The notes: generated by a model from the letters alone, not told the origin. A stretch of 64,000 nt of DNA from Mycobacteriales bacterium (GCA_040902655.1 JBBDWV010000040.1:6300-70299), one strand, 5' to 3'; shown: positions 1 through 13,973, numbered from the stretch's first letter. Made by a program: numbers and translations.

Positions 1-69
1 GTGGCTCTCGGGTGACGAGCGGCCGGTATCGGGGGTTCGGTTGCCGCAGGCCAGCCGTGGCGCGGCGGG

Positions 70-417
70 TCAGAGCAGCGCGCGGAGCTTGAGCAGGTCC
101 AGCGGGCTGGCCTGCACCTTGAGCCGGCCCGTCGCCCAGGCCGCCGGCGCGGACAGCTCGCCCTCGACCAGGGCCACCAGGTCGTCGCTGTCGGCGACCA
201 GGCGCACCTGGGCACCTTCGGTGTCCGCGCCGTCGCGGCAGCGAAGCCGGCTGATGCCGTCGTCGTCGAGGGTGGCAAGGAATACCACGTCCAGGTCGGG
301 CACCCGGCAGGCGAGCGTGCGCTGGACGACGTGGCGGGCACGCACGTCCGGGTCGATGGCGGCGAGACGCTCGGCGAGCCCCTGCAGGGCCAGCACGCAC
401 TCCTGCAGCGTTGCCAA
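70..417 (-). CDS. SCP2 sterol-binding domain protein
   Basis: 115-aa ORF. The C-terminus GRLKVQASPLDLLKLRALL resembles the SCP2-fold C-terminal G-x-l-k-v-x-G-d/s-x-x-l-l-x-k-l signature. Composition is non-degenerate. Confidence 0.6.
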   Translation of the reverse strand: MATLQECVLALQGLAERLAAIDPDVRARHVVQRTLACRVPDLDVVFLATLDDDGISRLRCRDGADTEGAQVRLVADSDDLVALVEGELSAPAAWATGRLKVQASPLDLLKLRALL

Positions 418-538
418 GCCCAGCCTCCCGTCCGCCGACCCGTGCGCCTTTCCCGGGGCGCGGACGTTCCACGCTACTGCCGGCTCTGCGCTGAGTCCCG
501 CGGTAGCGTCCGGCTCCTCGAGGACAGGGGGCCGCGAC

Positions 539-706
539 GTGGACGACCAGCAAGGCCGAGAGGTGAACGAGGTGCCGGCCGGCGTGGCGACAGCGCTGAG
601 CCGCCTCGAAGCGCTCGGCGGAAGGCCCGTCAGCGAGCATGTCGAGGTGTTCGACGAAGCGCACCGGCTGCTGCAGGACGCGCTCGCAACCCTCGACGAG
701 GCCTGA
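539..706 (+). CDS. small conserved hypothetical protein (position equivalent to Rv1693 upstream of tlyA)
   Basis: Only the last ~55 codons of track ORF 41..706 look protein-like (ALSRLEALGGRPVSEHVEVFDEAHRLLQDALATLDEA). GTG at 539 is in frame, with an alternative GTG at 563. The upstream part is Ser/Arg-rich and antisense to the SCP2 gene. Confidence 0.35.
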   Translation: MDDQQGREVNEVPAGVATALSRLEALGGRPVSEHVEVFDEAHRLLQDALATLDEA

Positions 707-1502
707 ACTGGCCCGCCGCGCCCGGCTCGACGCCGAGCTCGTCCGCCGCGGCCTGGCCCGCAGCCGTGAGCAGGCCGCCGAACTCGTCGCCGCGGGACTG
801 GTGAAGGTCGGCGGCACGACCGCCACCAAGTCGGCGACCGCCGTCGAGCCGGCGACCGCGCTGCTCGTCGAGCAGCCCGCCGGCCCGTCGTACGTCTCGC
901 GGGGCGGGCACAAGCTGGCCGGCGCGCTGGACACCTTCGGCTACCACCCGGCCGGAAAGCGGGTGCTGGACGCCGGGGCGAGCACCGGTGGCTTCACCGA
1001 CGTCCTGCTCCGTCGCGGCGCCGCCCACGTGGTGGCGGCCGACGTCGGCTACGGGCAGCTGGCCTGGTCGCTGCAGACCGACGAGCGGGTGACGGTGCTC
1101 GACCGTACGAACGTGCGGGCGCTCGAACCCGAGCAGATCGGCGACCCGGTCGACCTGGTCGTCGCGGACCTGTCGTTCATCCCGCTCGGGCTGGTCCTGC
1201 CGGCGCTCGTGCGCTGCTGCACGCCCGCCGCCGACCTGCTGCCGATGGTCAAGCCGCAGTTCGAGGTGGGCAGAGAGGGGCTGCCGGCCGGTGGGGTGGT
1301 GCGCGACCCGGCGCTGCGCGCCGCGGCGGTACGCGGGGTGGCCCGGTCAGCGGCCGCGCTGGGCCTCGGCGTGCGGGCCGTCACGGCCAGTCCGTTGCCC
1401 GGCCCGAGCGGCAACGTCGAGTACTTCCTGTGGCTGACGGCCTCGGCACCGCCGCTGGACGAGGACCTGCTCGCCGCTGCCGTGGCGGCAGGTCCACAGT
1501 GA
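639..1502 (+). CDS. tlyA: 16S/23S rRNA (cytidine-2'-O)-methyltransferase TlyA (hemolysin A family)
   Basis: S4-like N-terminus RARLDAELVRRGLARSREQAAELV. FtsJ-type SAM site VLDAGASTGGFTDVLL and DLSFI motif. The N-terminal 23 codons of the track ORF look non-native, so the true start is probably near 708 (CTG) and is unresolved. Confidence 0.85.
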   Translation: MSRCSTKRTGCCRTRSQPSTRPELARRARLDAELVRRGLARSREQAAELVAAGLVKVGGTTATKSATAVEPATALLVEQPAGPSYVSRGGHKLAGALDTFGYHPAGKRVLDAGASTGGFTDVLLRRGAAHVVAADVGYGQLAWSLQTDERVTVLDRTNVRALEPEQIGDPVDLVVADLSFIPLGLVLPALVRCCTPAADLLPMVKPQFEVGREGLPAGGVVRDPALRAAAVRGVARSAAALGLGVRAVTASPLPGPSGNVEYFLWLTASAPPLDEDLLAAAVAAGPQ

Positions 1503-1583
1503 GCGCGGCCGGCGAACTGCCTGCGCCGGTGCAGGCGGTTCGGCACCGTCCCGGTGCAGCTGCCGCGGCCCGGCGGTGACAAG

Positions 1584-2498
1584 GTGTCCGCCGTGACCCG
1601 GTCCATCCTGCTGCTGACCCACACCGGCCGCCGCGACATCGCCGAGACCGCGCGGCACGCCGCCCGTCGGCTGCAGGACGCCGGCATCGAGGTGCGGGTG
1701 CTGGCGCAGGAGGCCGCCGACATCGGCCTGACCGGCATCCAGCACTGCGACGGCGGTCCGGGCTCTGCCGACGGTGCCGAGCTGGTGCTGGTCCTCGGCG
1801 GTGACGGGACGATCCTGCGCGCGGCCGAGCTGGCCCGGGCGGCCGCCGTACCGCTGCTCGGGGTGAACCTGGGGCGCATCGGCTTCCTGGCCGAGGCCGA
1901 GTCCGCCGACCTGGACGTGACGATCGACCGGATCCTGGACCGGGACGTGGAGATCGAGGAGCGGATGACCCTCGACGTGGACGTCGTCCTCGACGGCGAG
2001 CTCGTCGACACCGGCTGGGCGCTCAACGAGTGCAGCGTCGAGAAGGCAGCTCGCGAGCGGATGCTCGAGCTGCTCGTCGAGATCGACGGCCGGCCGCTGT
2101 CGCGCTGGGGCTGCGACGGGGTGGTGGCCGCCACGCCGACCGGCTCGACGGCCTACGCCTTCTCCGGTGGCGGCCCGGTCGTCTGGCCGACGGTCGAGGC
2201 GCTGCTCGTGGTGCCGATCAGTGCCCATGCGCTGTTCGCCCGGCCGCTGGTCGTGGCGCCGTCCTCGGTGATCGCCCTCAACGTCCTGCCGACGGGGACG
2301 ACCGCCGGCATGGCCTGTGACGGCCGGCGCACACGGGACCTGCCGCACGGTGCGCGCGTCGAGATCCGCCGGGGGAGCGACCCGGTGCTGCTCGCGCGCG
2401 CCCCCGGCATGCCCTTCACCGACACGCTGGTCCGCAAGTTCGCGCTGCCGGTGGAGGGTTGGCGCGGCGTACGGGAGAACGTCCGCCGCGCGACCTAG
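1584..2498 (+). CDS. nadK: NAD kinase
   Basis: GGDGTILRAAE motif, NE..VEK, TPTGSTAYAFSGGGP. GTG at 1584 gives the typical N-terminus (VSAVTRSILLLTH); the track ORF starts at 1554. Confidence 0.9.
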   Translation: MSAVTRSILLLTHTGRRDIAETARHAARRLQDAGIEVRVLAQEAADIGLTGIQHCDGGPGSADGAELVLVLGGDGTILRAAELARAAAVPLLGVNLGRIGFLAEAESADLDVTIDRILDRDVEIEERMTLDVDVVLDGELVDTGWALNECSVEKAARERMLELLVEIDGRPLSRWGCDGVVAATPTGSTAYAFSGGGPVVWPTVEALLVVPISAHALFARPLVVAPSSVIALNVLPTGTTAGMACDGRRTRDLPHGARVEIRRGSDPVLLARAPGMPFTDTLVRKFALPVEGWRGVRENVRRAT

Positions 2499-2508
2499 TC
2501 TGCGGGGC

Positions 2509-4251
2509 GTGTTGGAGGAGATGCGGATCCGCGGTCTCGGTGTCATCGACGACGCCGTCCTGCAACTCGGGCCGGGGCTGACGGTGGTGACCGGGGAGAC
2601 CGGCGCCGGCAAGACGATGGTGGTCCAGGGGCTGAGCCTGCTGTTCGGCGGTCGTTCCGACGCCGGCCGCATCCGTCCCGGCGCCGAGCGGGCGCTGGTC
2701 GAGGGCCGGCTGGTGCTGCCGGTCGGCTCTGCCGCCCTCTCGCGGGCCGCCGACGCCGGTGCCGAGCTCGATGACGATGCCCTGCTGGTCAGCCGCAGCG
2801 TCGGCGCGGATGGCCGCTCCCGGGCCCATCTCGGTGGCCGCAGTGTGCCGGTGGGCGTCCTGGGCGAGCTGGGCGAGAGCGTGCTGGCGCTGCACGGGCA
2901 GAGCGACCAGCAGCGCCTGCTCAAGCCGGCTCAGCAGCGCGCGGCGCTGGACCGCTACGCGGGCGCGCCGGTGGTGTCGCTGCGGGAGCGTTTCGCAGCC
3001 TCCTGGGCGCAGTGGCGTGACGTCCGCGCGACGCTCGAGCAGCTGCGGGCCGAGGCCGCCGAGCGGGCACGCGAGGCCGAGCTGCTGCGGCTCGGGCTGG
3101 CGGAGGTCGAGGCGGCCGCACCCGCGCCGGGCGAGGACACCGCGCTCGTCGCTGAGATCGAGCGGCTGGCCAACGCCGACGATCTGCGCGCCGCCGCGGC
3201 CGGCGCCTCGCAGGCGCTCACCGGCGACGAGTCGGCCCCTGACGCGGGCGATGCGCTCGCGCTGGTGACCGCCGCCCGGCGGGCGCTCGAGACGGCGCCG
3301 GGGCACGATCCCGACCTCGCCGCGCTGGCCGCCCGGCTGGGCGAGCTCGGGCACCTGGTGAGCGACGTGGCGCTGGAGCTGTCCTCCTACCTCGCCTCCG
3401 TCGACGCCGACCCGGTGCGGCTGTCGGTCGCGCAGGAGCGGCTCGCCGTCCTGACCGCCCTGGTGCGCCGGCACGGCGCCGCCGACCTGGACGGTGTGCT
3501 GGCCTGGGCCGCCCGCGCCTCGGACCGGCTGCTCGAGCTGGACCGGACGGACGATCGGGTCGCCGCGCTCGAGGAGCAGGACACCGCCCTCGAGAGGTCC
3601 CTCGGTCCGCTGGCGGCGGAGCTCAGCGCCGCCCGCGTCGCCGCGGCCACCCGGTTCGGCACCGCGGTCAGCACCGAGCTGGCGGAGCTGGCCATGCCGC
3701 AGGCCCGGGTCACCGCGCAGGTGACGCAGCGCGAGGAGCCCGACGGGCTGCCCGTCGGGGGGCACCGGCTGGCCGCCACCGCCGACGGCGTGGACGAGGT
3801 CGAGCTGCTGCTCGAGCCGCATCCCGGCGCCCCCGCGCGGGCGCTGCAGAAGGGCGCGTCGGGGGGTGAGCTCTCCCGCGTGATGCTGGCGGTCGAGGTC
3901 GTCTTCGCCGGGTCCGACCCCGTACCACTCATGGTCTTCGACGAGGTGGACGCGGGCGTCGGGGGCCGTGCGGCCGTCGAGGTCGGGCGCCGGCTGGCCC
4001 GGCTGGCCCGGGAGCACCAGGTCCTCGTCGTGACCCACCTACCGCAGGTCGCCGCCTTCGCCGACCGACACCTGCAGGTGGTCAAGGACAGCGACGGTTC
4101 GGTGACGCGCAGCGGTGTGGTGCCGCTCGACGACGCGGAACGGGTGGCGGAGCTGTCCCGGATGCTGGCCGGCGCCGATACGGGGCTGGCCCGCGGCCAC
4201 GCCGAGGAGCTGCTCGTGGCGGCGGCACAGGAGCGCGCCGGGCAGGCCTGA
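2509..4251 (+). CDS. recN: DNA repair protein RecN
   Basis: N-terminus VLEEMRIRGLGVIDD and Walker A GETGAGKT. Long coiled-coil middle. C-terminal ASGGELSRVMLA signature and MVFDEVDAGVGG Walker B. GTG at 2509 is in frame with track ORF 2317..4251. Confidence 0.92.
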   Translation: MLEEMRIRGLGVIDDAVLQLGPGLTVVTGETGAGKTMVVQGLSLLFGGRSDAGRIRPGAERALVEGRLVLPVGSAALSRAADAGAELDDDALLVSRSVGADGRSRAHLGGRSVPVGVLGELGESVLALHGQSDQQRLLKPAQQRAALDRYAGAPVVSLRERFAASWAQWRDVRATLEQLRAEAAERAREAELLRLGLAEVEAAAPAPGEDTALVAEIERLANADDLRAAAAGASQALTGDESAPDAGDALALVTAARRALETAPGHDPDLAALAARLGELGHLVSDVALELSSYLASVDADPVRLSVAQERLAVLTALVRRHGAADLDGVLAWAARASDRLLELDRTDDRVAALEEQDTALERSLGPLAAELSAARVAAATRFGTAVSTELAELAMPQARVTAQVTQREEPDGLPVGGHRLAATADGVDEVELLLEPHPGAPARALQKGASGGELSRVMLAVEVVFAGSDPVPLMVFDEVDAGVGGRAAVEVGRRLARLAREHQVLVVTHLPQVAAFADRHLQVVKDSDGSVTRSGVVPLDDAERVAELSRMLAGADTGLARGHAEELLVAAAQERAGQA

Positions 4252-4316
4252 CCCGCGGCGGTTCCGCCCGCGCGCCTGTCGAGCCGGACAGGGCTGCTCT
4301 GGCAGACTCGACGGCG

Positions 4317-5501
4317 ATGAGGCTGGTGACACTGCGACGCAGCCGGAATGCCGAACGGCTGCCCGGCACCGTCGGCGTCGCCCGGCTCGACCGCCGTACC
4401 AAGAACCTCACCAGGCGGTTGCGGCCGGGCGAGATCGCCGTCGTGGACCATGTCGACATCGACCGGGTCAGCGCCGACGCGCTGGTCAACGCCAAGGTGG
4501 CGGCCGTCGTCAACGCGGCCCCGAGCACCAGCGGGCGTTACCCGAACCTCGGGCCGGAGATCCTGCTCGCGGCCGGGATCCCGCTGCTCGACCGCGTAGG
4601 GGACACCGTCTTCGGCGAGCTGCGCGAGGGTGACGTCGTCCGGCTCGACGGCGACACGCTCTACGACCATCGCGAGCGGGTGCTGGCCACCGGCACGCCG
4701 CAGGACGCCGAGTCGATCGGGGCCGCCGCGGCCGAGGCCCGCGCGGGCTTGGCCACCCAGCTCGAGGCCTTCGCCGCGAACACCATGGAGTACCTGCTCA
4801 AGGAGCGTGACCTGCTCCTGGACGGCGTCGGGGTCCCGGAGATCCGCACGAAGCTGGAGGGCCGGCACGCGCTGATCGTCGTCCGCGGCTACGACTACCG
4901 CGAGGACCTGCGGGCGCTGCGGCCCTACATCCGGGAGTACCGTCCGATCCTGATCGGCGTGGACGGTGGCGCGGACGCGCTCGTCGAGGACGGCTACACC
5001 CCCGACCTGATCGTCGGGGACATGGACTCGGTCTCCGACGAGGTGCTGCGCGGCGGCGCCGAGGTCGTCGTGCACGCCTACGCAGACGGGGACGCCCCCG
5101 GACTGCAGCGGGTGCAGGACCTCGGCGTGCAGGCGATCGTCTTCCCGGCCGCCGGCACCAGCGAAGACGTCGCGATGCTGCTGGCCGACGAGGCGGGTGC
5201 GTCGCTGATCGTCGCGGTGGGGACGCACGCGACGCTGGTGGAGTTCCTGGACAAGGGCCGGCAGGGGATGGCCTCGACGTTCCTCACCCGGCTGCGGGTC
5301 GGTGGCAAGCTGGTGGACGCCAAGGGCGTGAGCCGGCTCTACCGCCAGCGCATCTCGGGCTGGTCGCTGGTGCTGCTGGTGTTGGCGACGCTGGTCGCCA
5401 TGGCCGCGGCGGTGTCGGTGTCCGCTGCGGGTCAGGCCTACGGCAGCCTGCTCACCGATGTCTGGGCCAGCTTCGTCTTCTGGATCCAGGGGCTGTTCTA
5501 G
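4317..5501 (+). CDS. steA: SteA-like cytokinetic ring protein (Rv1697 family, thiamin-pyrophosphokinase-like domain plus C-terminal TM helix)
   Basis: N-terminus GVARLDRRTKNLTRRLRPGEIAVVDHVDIDRVSADALV matches my recollection of Rv1697. Contains the GDMDS motif and a C-terminal hydrophobic helix. Syntenic position after recN. Confidence 0.7.
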   Translation: MRLVTLRRSRNAERLPGTVGVARLDRRTKNLTRRLRPGEIAVVDHVDIDRVSADALVNAKVAAVVNAAPSTSGRYPNLGPEILLAAGIPLLDRVGDTVFGELREGDVVRLDGDTLYDHRERVLATGTPQDAESIGAAAAEARAGLATQLEAFAANTMEYLLKERDLLLDGVGVPEIRTKLEGRHALIVVRGYDYREDLRALRPYIREYRPILIGVDGGADALVEDGYTPDLIVGDMDSVSDEVLRGGAEVVVHAYADGDAPGLQRVQDLGVQAIVFPAAGTSEDVAMLLADEAGASLIVAVGTHATLVEFLDKGRQGMASTFLTRLRVGGKLVDAKGVSRLYRQRISGWSLVLLVLATLVAMAAAVSVSAAGQAYGSLLTDVWASFVFWIQGLF

Positions 5502-6458
5502 ATGGTCGACTTCCGCTACCACCTGGTGTCGATCATCGCGGTGTTCCTGGCCCTGGCCGTCGGGATCGTCGTGGGAACCGCGGCGCTCAACGGCCCGATC
5601 CAGGACAAGCTGAACGACAACATCAGCCGGTTGACGTCGGACAAGCGGGCGCTCGAGGCCGATCTGCGTGGGCTGCAGGGGGAGCTCACGGCCGCCGACG
5701 CGTTCGCCACCGCCTTCGGCCCGCAGCTCGTGGACGGTGCGCTGGAGGACCAGCGCGTGCTCTTCGTGACGACGCCGCAGACCCCCACCGATCTGGCCGA
5801 GCGGCTGCGCCCGCTGCTGAGCGACGCCGGCGCCACCGTCACCGGTTCCGTGGAGGTGCGGCCGACGCTGGCGGACCCTCAGCAGCGCCGGCTGCTCGAG
5901 GACCTCGTCGCGCAGGTGCTGCCGGCCGGTGTCGAGCTGCCGGACGGAGACCCGGTGGAGCGGGCCGCCGCCGAGCTCGCCGCGGCGCTGACCCACGGAC
6001 GCCAGGACCCGGTCGACCGGGGTGAGGCGCAGGCCGTGGTGTCCGCCTTCCAGGAGGCCGGCCTGATCGGTTTCAGTGCGGATCCGGACACCAAGGACAC
6101 GATCGCCTCCGCCACGGTCGTCGTGCTGCTCGCCTCGCCCGGCCTGGGTCGGGAGCCGGGGACCGCGGAGCAGCAGCAGCTCGAGGCGCTGCTGACCGTC
6201 GCCGCCGCCTTCGACACCCGCTCGCGCGGGGCCGTCCTTGCCGGTCCGGCGCAGTCCGCGGTGGACGGCGGGCTGATCCGCGCGCTGCGCACCTCCTCGA
6301 CGCTGGCCCGCGGCGTGTCCTCCGTCGACAACGCCGACCGGGGCCCCGGCCGGATCGCGGTGGTCCTGGCGGTGGCCGAGCAGGTCGAGAAGGGCGTGGG
6401 GCAGTACGGCGCTGGGCCGGGTGCGTCCGCACCACTGCCGGCTGCGGCGACGTCGTGA
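5502..6458 (+). CDS. MctB/SteB-like membrane-anchored protein (copper transporter MctB family)
   Basis: Characteristic N-terminus MVDFRYHLVSIIAVFLALAVGIVVG followed by a coiled region. Starts one nt after the steA stop. Syntenic with Rv1698. Confidence 0.7.
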   Translation: MVDFRYHLVSIIAVFLALAVGIVVGTAALNGPIQDKLNDNISRLTSDKRALEADLRGLQGELTAADAFATAFGPQLVDGALEDQRVLFVTTPQTPTDLAERLRPLLSDAGATVTGSVEVRPTLADPQQRRLLEDLVAQVLPAGVELPDGDPVERAAAELAAALTHGRQDPVDRGEAQAVVSAFQEAGLIGFSADPDTKDTIASATVVVLLASPGLGREPGTAEQQQLEALLTVAAAFDTRSRGAVLAGPAQSAVDGGLIRALRTSSTLARGVSSVDNADRGPGRIAVVLAVAEQVEKGVGQYGAGPGASAPLPAAATS

Positions 6459-6513
6459 CCGACCGGCCCCGGTGAGCCCCGCGGCGGGCGCGCGAGCCGC
6501 CGCCGTCGGAGCC

Positions 6514-7245
6514 ATGACCGCCCGGGTCGTCTGGATGACCCTGACCGCCCGGCCGCCCGGCGGCGCGCAGCGCTGGGAGCGGGTCAACCACCGCGGCCGG
6601 CCGCTGTCCTTGCTGTCCGGCCCGGCCCTGGTGGCCGCGCTCGCGGCCTCCACCGACCTGCCGCGCGCCGCCGCGGTCGTGGCGGCTGTCGGCGCCGGAG
6701 CCGTCGGCGGTTACGACGACGCCACCGGCAGCCGCTGCCCCCAGGACAGGGGGCTGCGCGGGCATGCCGCCGCGCTCCGCGCCGGCCGGCTCACCGGGGG
6801 GGCGGTGAAGGTCGTCGGGATCAGCGCGGTCGGCCTCCTGGCGACCCGGCTGCTGGGACGCACCCGTCCCGTCGACCTGCTGCTGGGCGGCGCCGTGGTG
6901 GCCGGCAGCGCGAACCTGGTGAACCTGCTCGACCTGCGGCCCGGCCGGGCGCTGAAGGCCGGCGGCGTCGCGGCGCTGCTGCTCGGCCAGCCCGGCCCCG
7001 CCGCCGCGACCGCCGCCCTGCTGACCGACGACCTGCACGAGCGCGCGATGCTGGGTGACGCCGGCGCCAACGCGCTCGGCGCCGTCCTGGGTCTGGCGCT
7101 GCTGCAGCGGCACCCGGAGCGGCGCCGCGCCGCCCTCGCCGTCCTCGTGGGGCTGACTGCCGCGAGCGAGATCGTGTCGTTCAGCCGGGTCATCGACGCC
7201 GTCGCGCCGCTGCGTTGGGTCGATCGGGCCGGTCGGCTGCCGTGA
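6514..7245 (+). CDS. short MraY/WecA-like (glycosyltransferase family 4) polyprenyl-phosphate transferase homologue
   Basis: About 243 aa and multi-TM. Motif remnants are GGYDD, NLVNLLDLRPGRA (cf. NxxNxxDGxDG) and MLGDAGANALG (cf. fxGDxGS). Start is ATG 6514 or GTG 6472. The stop overlaps the murJ start. Confidence 0.5.
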   Translation: MTARVVWMTLTARPPGGAQRWERVNHRGRPLSLLSGPALVAALAASTDLPRAAAVVAAVGAGAVGGYDDATGSRCPQDRGLRGHAAALRAGRLTGGAVKVVGISAVGLLATRLLGRTRPVDLLLGGAVVAGSANLVNLLDLRPGRALKAGGVAALLLGQPGPAAATAALLTDDLHERAMLGDAGANALGAVLGLALLQRHPERRRAALAVLVGLTAASEIVSFSRVIDAVAPLRWVDRAGRLP

Positions 7246-8810
7246 GGCCGCTGGCCAGGGGACTGTTGGGGGCGGCCGCCGGCATCGCCCTGGTCACCGT
7301 CGCCGCCCGCGTGGTCGGCTTCGGGCGCACGGCGGTGCTGTCCCGCACCCTGGGCACCTCCTGCGTCGGCGACGTCTACTCCGCGGTCAACGCCGTGCCG
7401 AACGTCGTCTTCGAGGTCGTCGCCGGCGGGGCCCTCGCCTCTGTCGTCGTGCCGGTGCTGGCGGGCGCCGTCGCGTCCGGAGACCACGCGGCGGCATCGC
7501 GTACGGCCAGTGCGTTGCTGTCCTGGACGGTCGCGCTGCTCGTGCCGGTCGCGCTGCTGGGTGCGCTGGCGGCGCCGCAGATCGTGCGGGCGCTGCTGGG
7601 TCCCGACCCGGCCTGCGCGGCTGCGGTCGGCAGCGGCAGCCGGATGCTGGTGGTGTTCATGCCGCAGGTCGTCCTGTACGGCATCGGCGTCGTGCTGACC
7701 GGCGTGCTGCAGGCACATCGGCGCTTTCTCGGCCCGGCGCTCGCGCCGCTGCTGTCCAGCCTCGTCGTGGTCATGGCCTACCTGGCCTACGCCGCGCGCG
7801 GTCCGGTCGAGGACGTCGCCGCGCTGCCGCGCGGGCAGGAACTCGTGCTGTCGGTCGGCACGACGCTCGGCGTCGCGGTGCTGGCGCTCAGCCTGCTCGT
7901 GCCGCTGCGCCGCTGCGACCTGCGGCTGCGGCCGACCTTCGCCTTCCCACCCGGCGTGGCTGCCCGGGTCCGCCGGCTGGCCGGCGCGGGGGTCGCCGGC
8001 CTGGCCGCCCAGCAGCTCGCACTGGTCGTCGCGCTGCGGCTCGCGCTGGGCGGCTCGCCCGGCTCCGTCGTCGTGTTCGCGGTGGCGACCGCGCTGTTCC
8101 TGCTCCCGTGGGCGGTGCTGGCCGTCCCCGTCGCCACCAGCGCGTTCCCGGCGCTGTCGGCCAGTGCCTCCGCCGGCCAGGAGCAGGAGTACGCGGCGGT
8201 CGCCCGGCGGTCGCTGCGCGTGGTGCTGCTCGCGATGACGCTGTCGGCGGCGGTGCTCGCGGCGGTGGCCCGGCCGGTCGCCCGGCTGCTCGTGCAGGGT
8301 GCGCCGGGGGTGGAGAGCAGCGAGGTCCTGGCCCGCGCGACGCTGGCCTTCGCGCCGGGACTGGTCGGCTACGGGCTGCTGGCCCTGCTCGGGCGTGCGC
8401 TCTACGCGCGGGGGGACGCTCGCACGTCCGGGGCCGCCACCGTCAGTGGCTGGCTGGCGGTGGCGGCCGCCGACGTGCTGCTCGTGCGCGCGTTGCCGGA
8501 GGTCGACCGGGTGGTGCTCCTGGGGGTGGGCAACACCATCGGCGTGAGCGTGGCGGGGGTCCTGTTGCTGGTGGGCCTGCAGCGGGCCGCCGGCCCTACG
8601 GCGCTGGCCGGCGCCGGTCGCTCGGCGCTGGTCGGCATCGTGGCCGGCGCCGTGGCGCTGGGCGGCACCGGGCTGCTCGACCTGCCGGCCGGGGGGGTGC
8701 TGCGCGACCTGCTCGGCGCGCTGCTCGCCGCGGGAGTCGTCGCCGGCGTCTTCCTCGCCGTCGTCCGGCTGCTCGATGCCCCCGGGCTGCGGGCCGTGCG
8801 AGGTGGCTGA
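7242..8810 (+). CDS. murJ: lipid II flippase MurJ (MviN family)
   Basis: N-terminal ARVVGFGRTAVLSRTLGTSCVGDVYSAVNAVPNVVFEVVAGGAL is the typical MurJ opening. At least 12 TM segments. GTGA overlap with the upstream stop at 7242-7245. Confidence 0.8.
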   Translation: MRPLARGLLGAAAGIALVTVAARVVGFGRTAVLSRTLGTSCVGDVYSAVNAVPNVVFEVVAGGALASVVVPVLAGAVASGDHAAASRTASALLSWTVALLVPVALLGALAAPQIVRALLGPDPACAAAVGSGSRMLVVFMPQVVLYGIGVVLTGVLQAHRRFLGPALAPLLSSLVVVMAYLAYAARGPVEDVAALPRGQELVLSVGTTLGVAVLALSLLVPLRRCDLRLRPTFAFPPGVAARVRRLAGAGVAGLAAQQLALVVALRLALGGSPGSVVVFAVATALFLLPWAVLAVPVATSAFPALSASASAGQEQEYAAVARRSLRVVLLAMTLSAAVLAAVARPVARLLVQGAPGVESSEVLARATLAFAPGLVGYGLLALLGRALYARGDARTSGAATVSGWLAVAAADVLLVRALPEVDRVVLLGVGNTIGVSVAGVLLLVGLQRAAGPTALAGAGRSALVGIVAGAVALGGTGLLDLPAGGVLRDLLGALLAAGVVAGVFLAVVRLLDAPGLRAVRGG

Positions 8811-8811
8811 C

Positions 8812-9800
8812 GTGCGGGTGCTGCTGGTGCTGGCCACGAGCACCGGCGGCGTCGGCCGGCACGTCGCGTCGCTGGCGGCCGGGCTGGTGGCCCGGGGGTA
8901 CCGGGTGACGGTGGCCGGGCCGGCGTCCAGCGGTGAGCTGTTCGACCTGCCATCGCACGAGGTGGTGGACATCGGGACCGGCCCGCGTCCGGTGCGGGAT
9001 GTGGCGGCGGCGGCGCGGTTGCGTTCCCTGGCGCGCAGGTCCGATCTCGTGCACGCGCACGGGCTGCGGGCCGGCGCGCTCTCGGCGGTGTCGCCGCGGC
9101 CGCTCGTCGTGACGCTGCACAACCAGGTCACCGGCCGGACAGCCGCAGTACTCGAGCATCTGGTCGCCCGGCGGGCAGACGTGCTGCTCGCCGCGTGGGC
9201 CGACCTGGCGGCCCGGGCTCGCGAGGTGGGCGCCCGCGACGTGCGGCTCGCGCCGGTCTCCGCGCCGCCGCTGCTGCCGAGCGGTGTCGATCCTGGGCTC
9301 GGGCATCCGCTGGTGCTCGCCGTCGGACGGCTGCACCCGCAGAAGGGTTACGACACGCTCGTCACGGCGCTGCCGGCCTGGCCGGATGCGGTCGTCGCGG
9401 TCGCCGGGGACGGGCCGCTGCGCGCCGAGCTGGAGCGGGCGGCACCGTCGGTGCGCTGGCTGGGGCGGCGGGACGACGTCGCCGATCTGCTGGCGGCGGC
9501 GGACGTGGTGGTGCTGCCGTCGGTGTGGGAGGCCCGCTCGCTCACCGCACAGGAGGCGTTGCGGGCCGGCCGGCCTCTGGTCGCCAGCGCGGTCGGTGGG
9601 GTGCCGGATCTGGTCGGGAACGGCGCGCTGCTGGTCCCGCCCCGGGATCCGGCCGCGCTGGCCGCGGCGGTACGCCGGCTGCTCGACGATCCGGCGGAGG
9701 CGGCGGCGGTGGCGGCGCGGGGGCGGGCCGTCGCGGCCGGCTGGCCGGACGAGGCCGACACCGTGGCCCAGGTAGCGGGGGTCTACACGGAGTTGCTCTC

Positions 9801-9804
<4 letters not shown>
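8812..9804 (+). CDS. GT-B glycosyltransferase (family 4 / GT1-type, EX7E motif)
   Basis: N-terminus VRVLLVLATSTGGVGRHV. C-terminal PSVWEARSLTAQEALRAGRPLVASAVGGVPDLV contains the E-x7-E motif. GTG lies 2 nt after the murJ stop. Confidence 0.8.
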
Positions 9805-13464
<3,660 letters not shown>

Positions 13465-13478
13465 CCGGGCGTGCCGGG

Positions 13479-13973
13479 TCAGCCGACCGGCAGCGCCTTC
13501 CGGGCCTTCTTGGCGCTCTTCTTCACCGACTTCCTGGTGTTCTTCGCGGCATCCTTCGTGCCGTCGATCAGCCCGTCGGCGACCAGCGCGAGGCCCACGC
13601 CGAGCATCCACACGTCCTTGGCGATCGGCGTGCCGGCCTGCGTGGGTCGGACCCCGTCGGACTCGGTGAGGCCGGGCGTGCTGCGGTACATCTGGAGCAG
13701 TCCGGCGCTGAAGGCCGTGAGCGCGGCCCCGGCCACCAGCGGCGACACGAACGGTGTCAGCAGCACCGCACCGAGGGCGATTTCGGTGGTGGAGAGTGTC
13801 TTGCCGAACTGCTCGGGGGGCATCTTCGCCAGCGAGGGGGCCTGCGGGAAGGCCCCCGCGGCCATGCTCTGCATGCCTGCGGCGCTGTCCGCGTCCAGGT
13901 GGCGCTTGGCGAGACCGGCGTTGAGGATGAAGGCGCCGGTGGCGAGGCGGAGGGGTATGTGGCTCAGTCGCAT
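13479..13973 (-). CDS. small membrane protein with Lys-rich C-terminal tail
   Basis: 164-aa ORF with 3-4 hydrophobic helices and the tail KDAAKNTRKSVKKSAKKARK. Convergent with pyrG. Family not recognised. Confidence 0.55.
   Translation of the reverse strand: MRLSHIPLRLATGAFILNAGLAKRHLDADSAAGMQSMAAGAFPQAPSLAKMPPEQFGKTLSTTEIALGAVLLTPFVSPLVAGAALTAFSAGLLQMYRSTPGLTESDGVRPTQAGTPIAKDVWMLGVGLALVADGLIDGTKDAAKNTRKSVKKSAKKARKALPVG

Noticed and set aside
3387-6653. 1088-aa minus-strand ORF spanning recN, steA and mctB
   Set aside because: Its translation is dominated by Arg/Ala/Gly/Pro/Asp runs with no recognisable motifs. It is antisense to three genes with clear family signatures. Long stop-free antisense frames are expected at about 75% GC.
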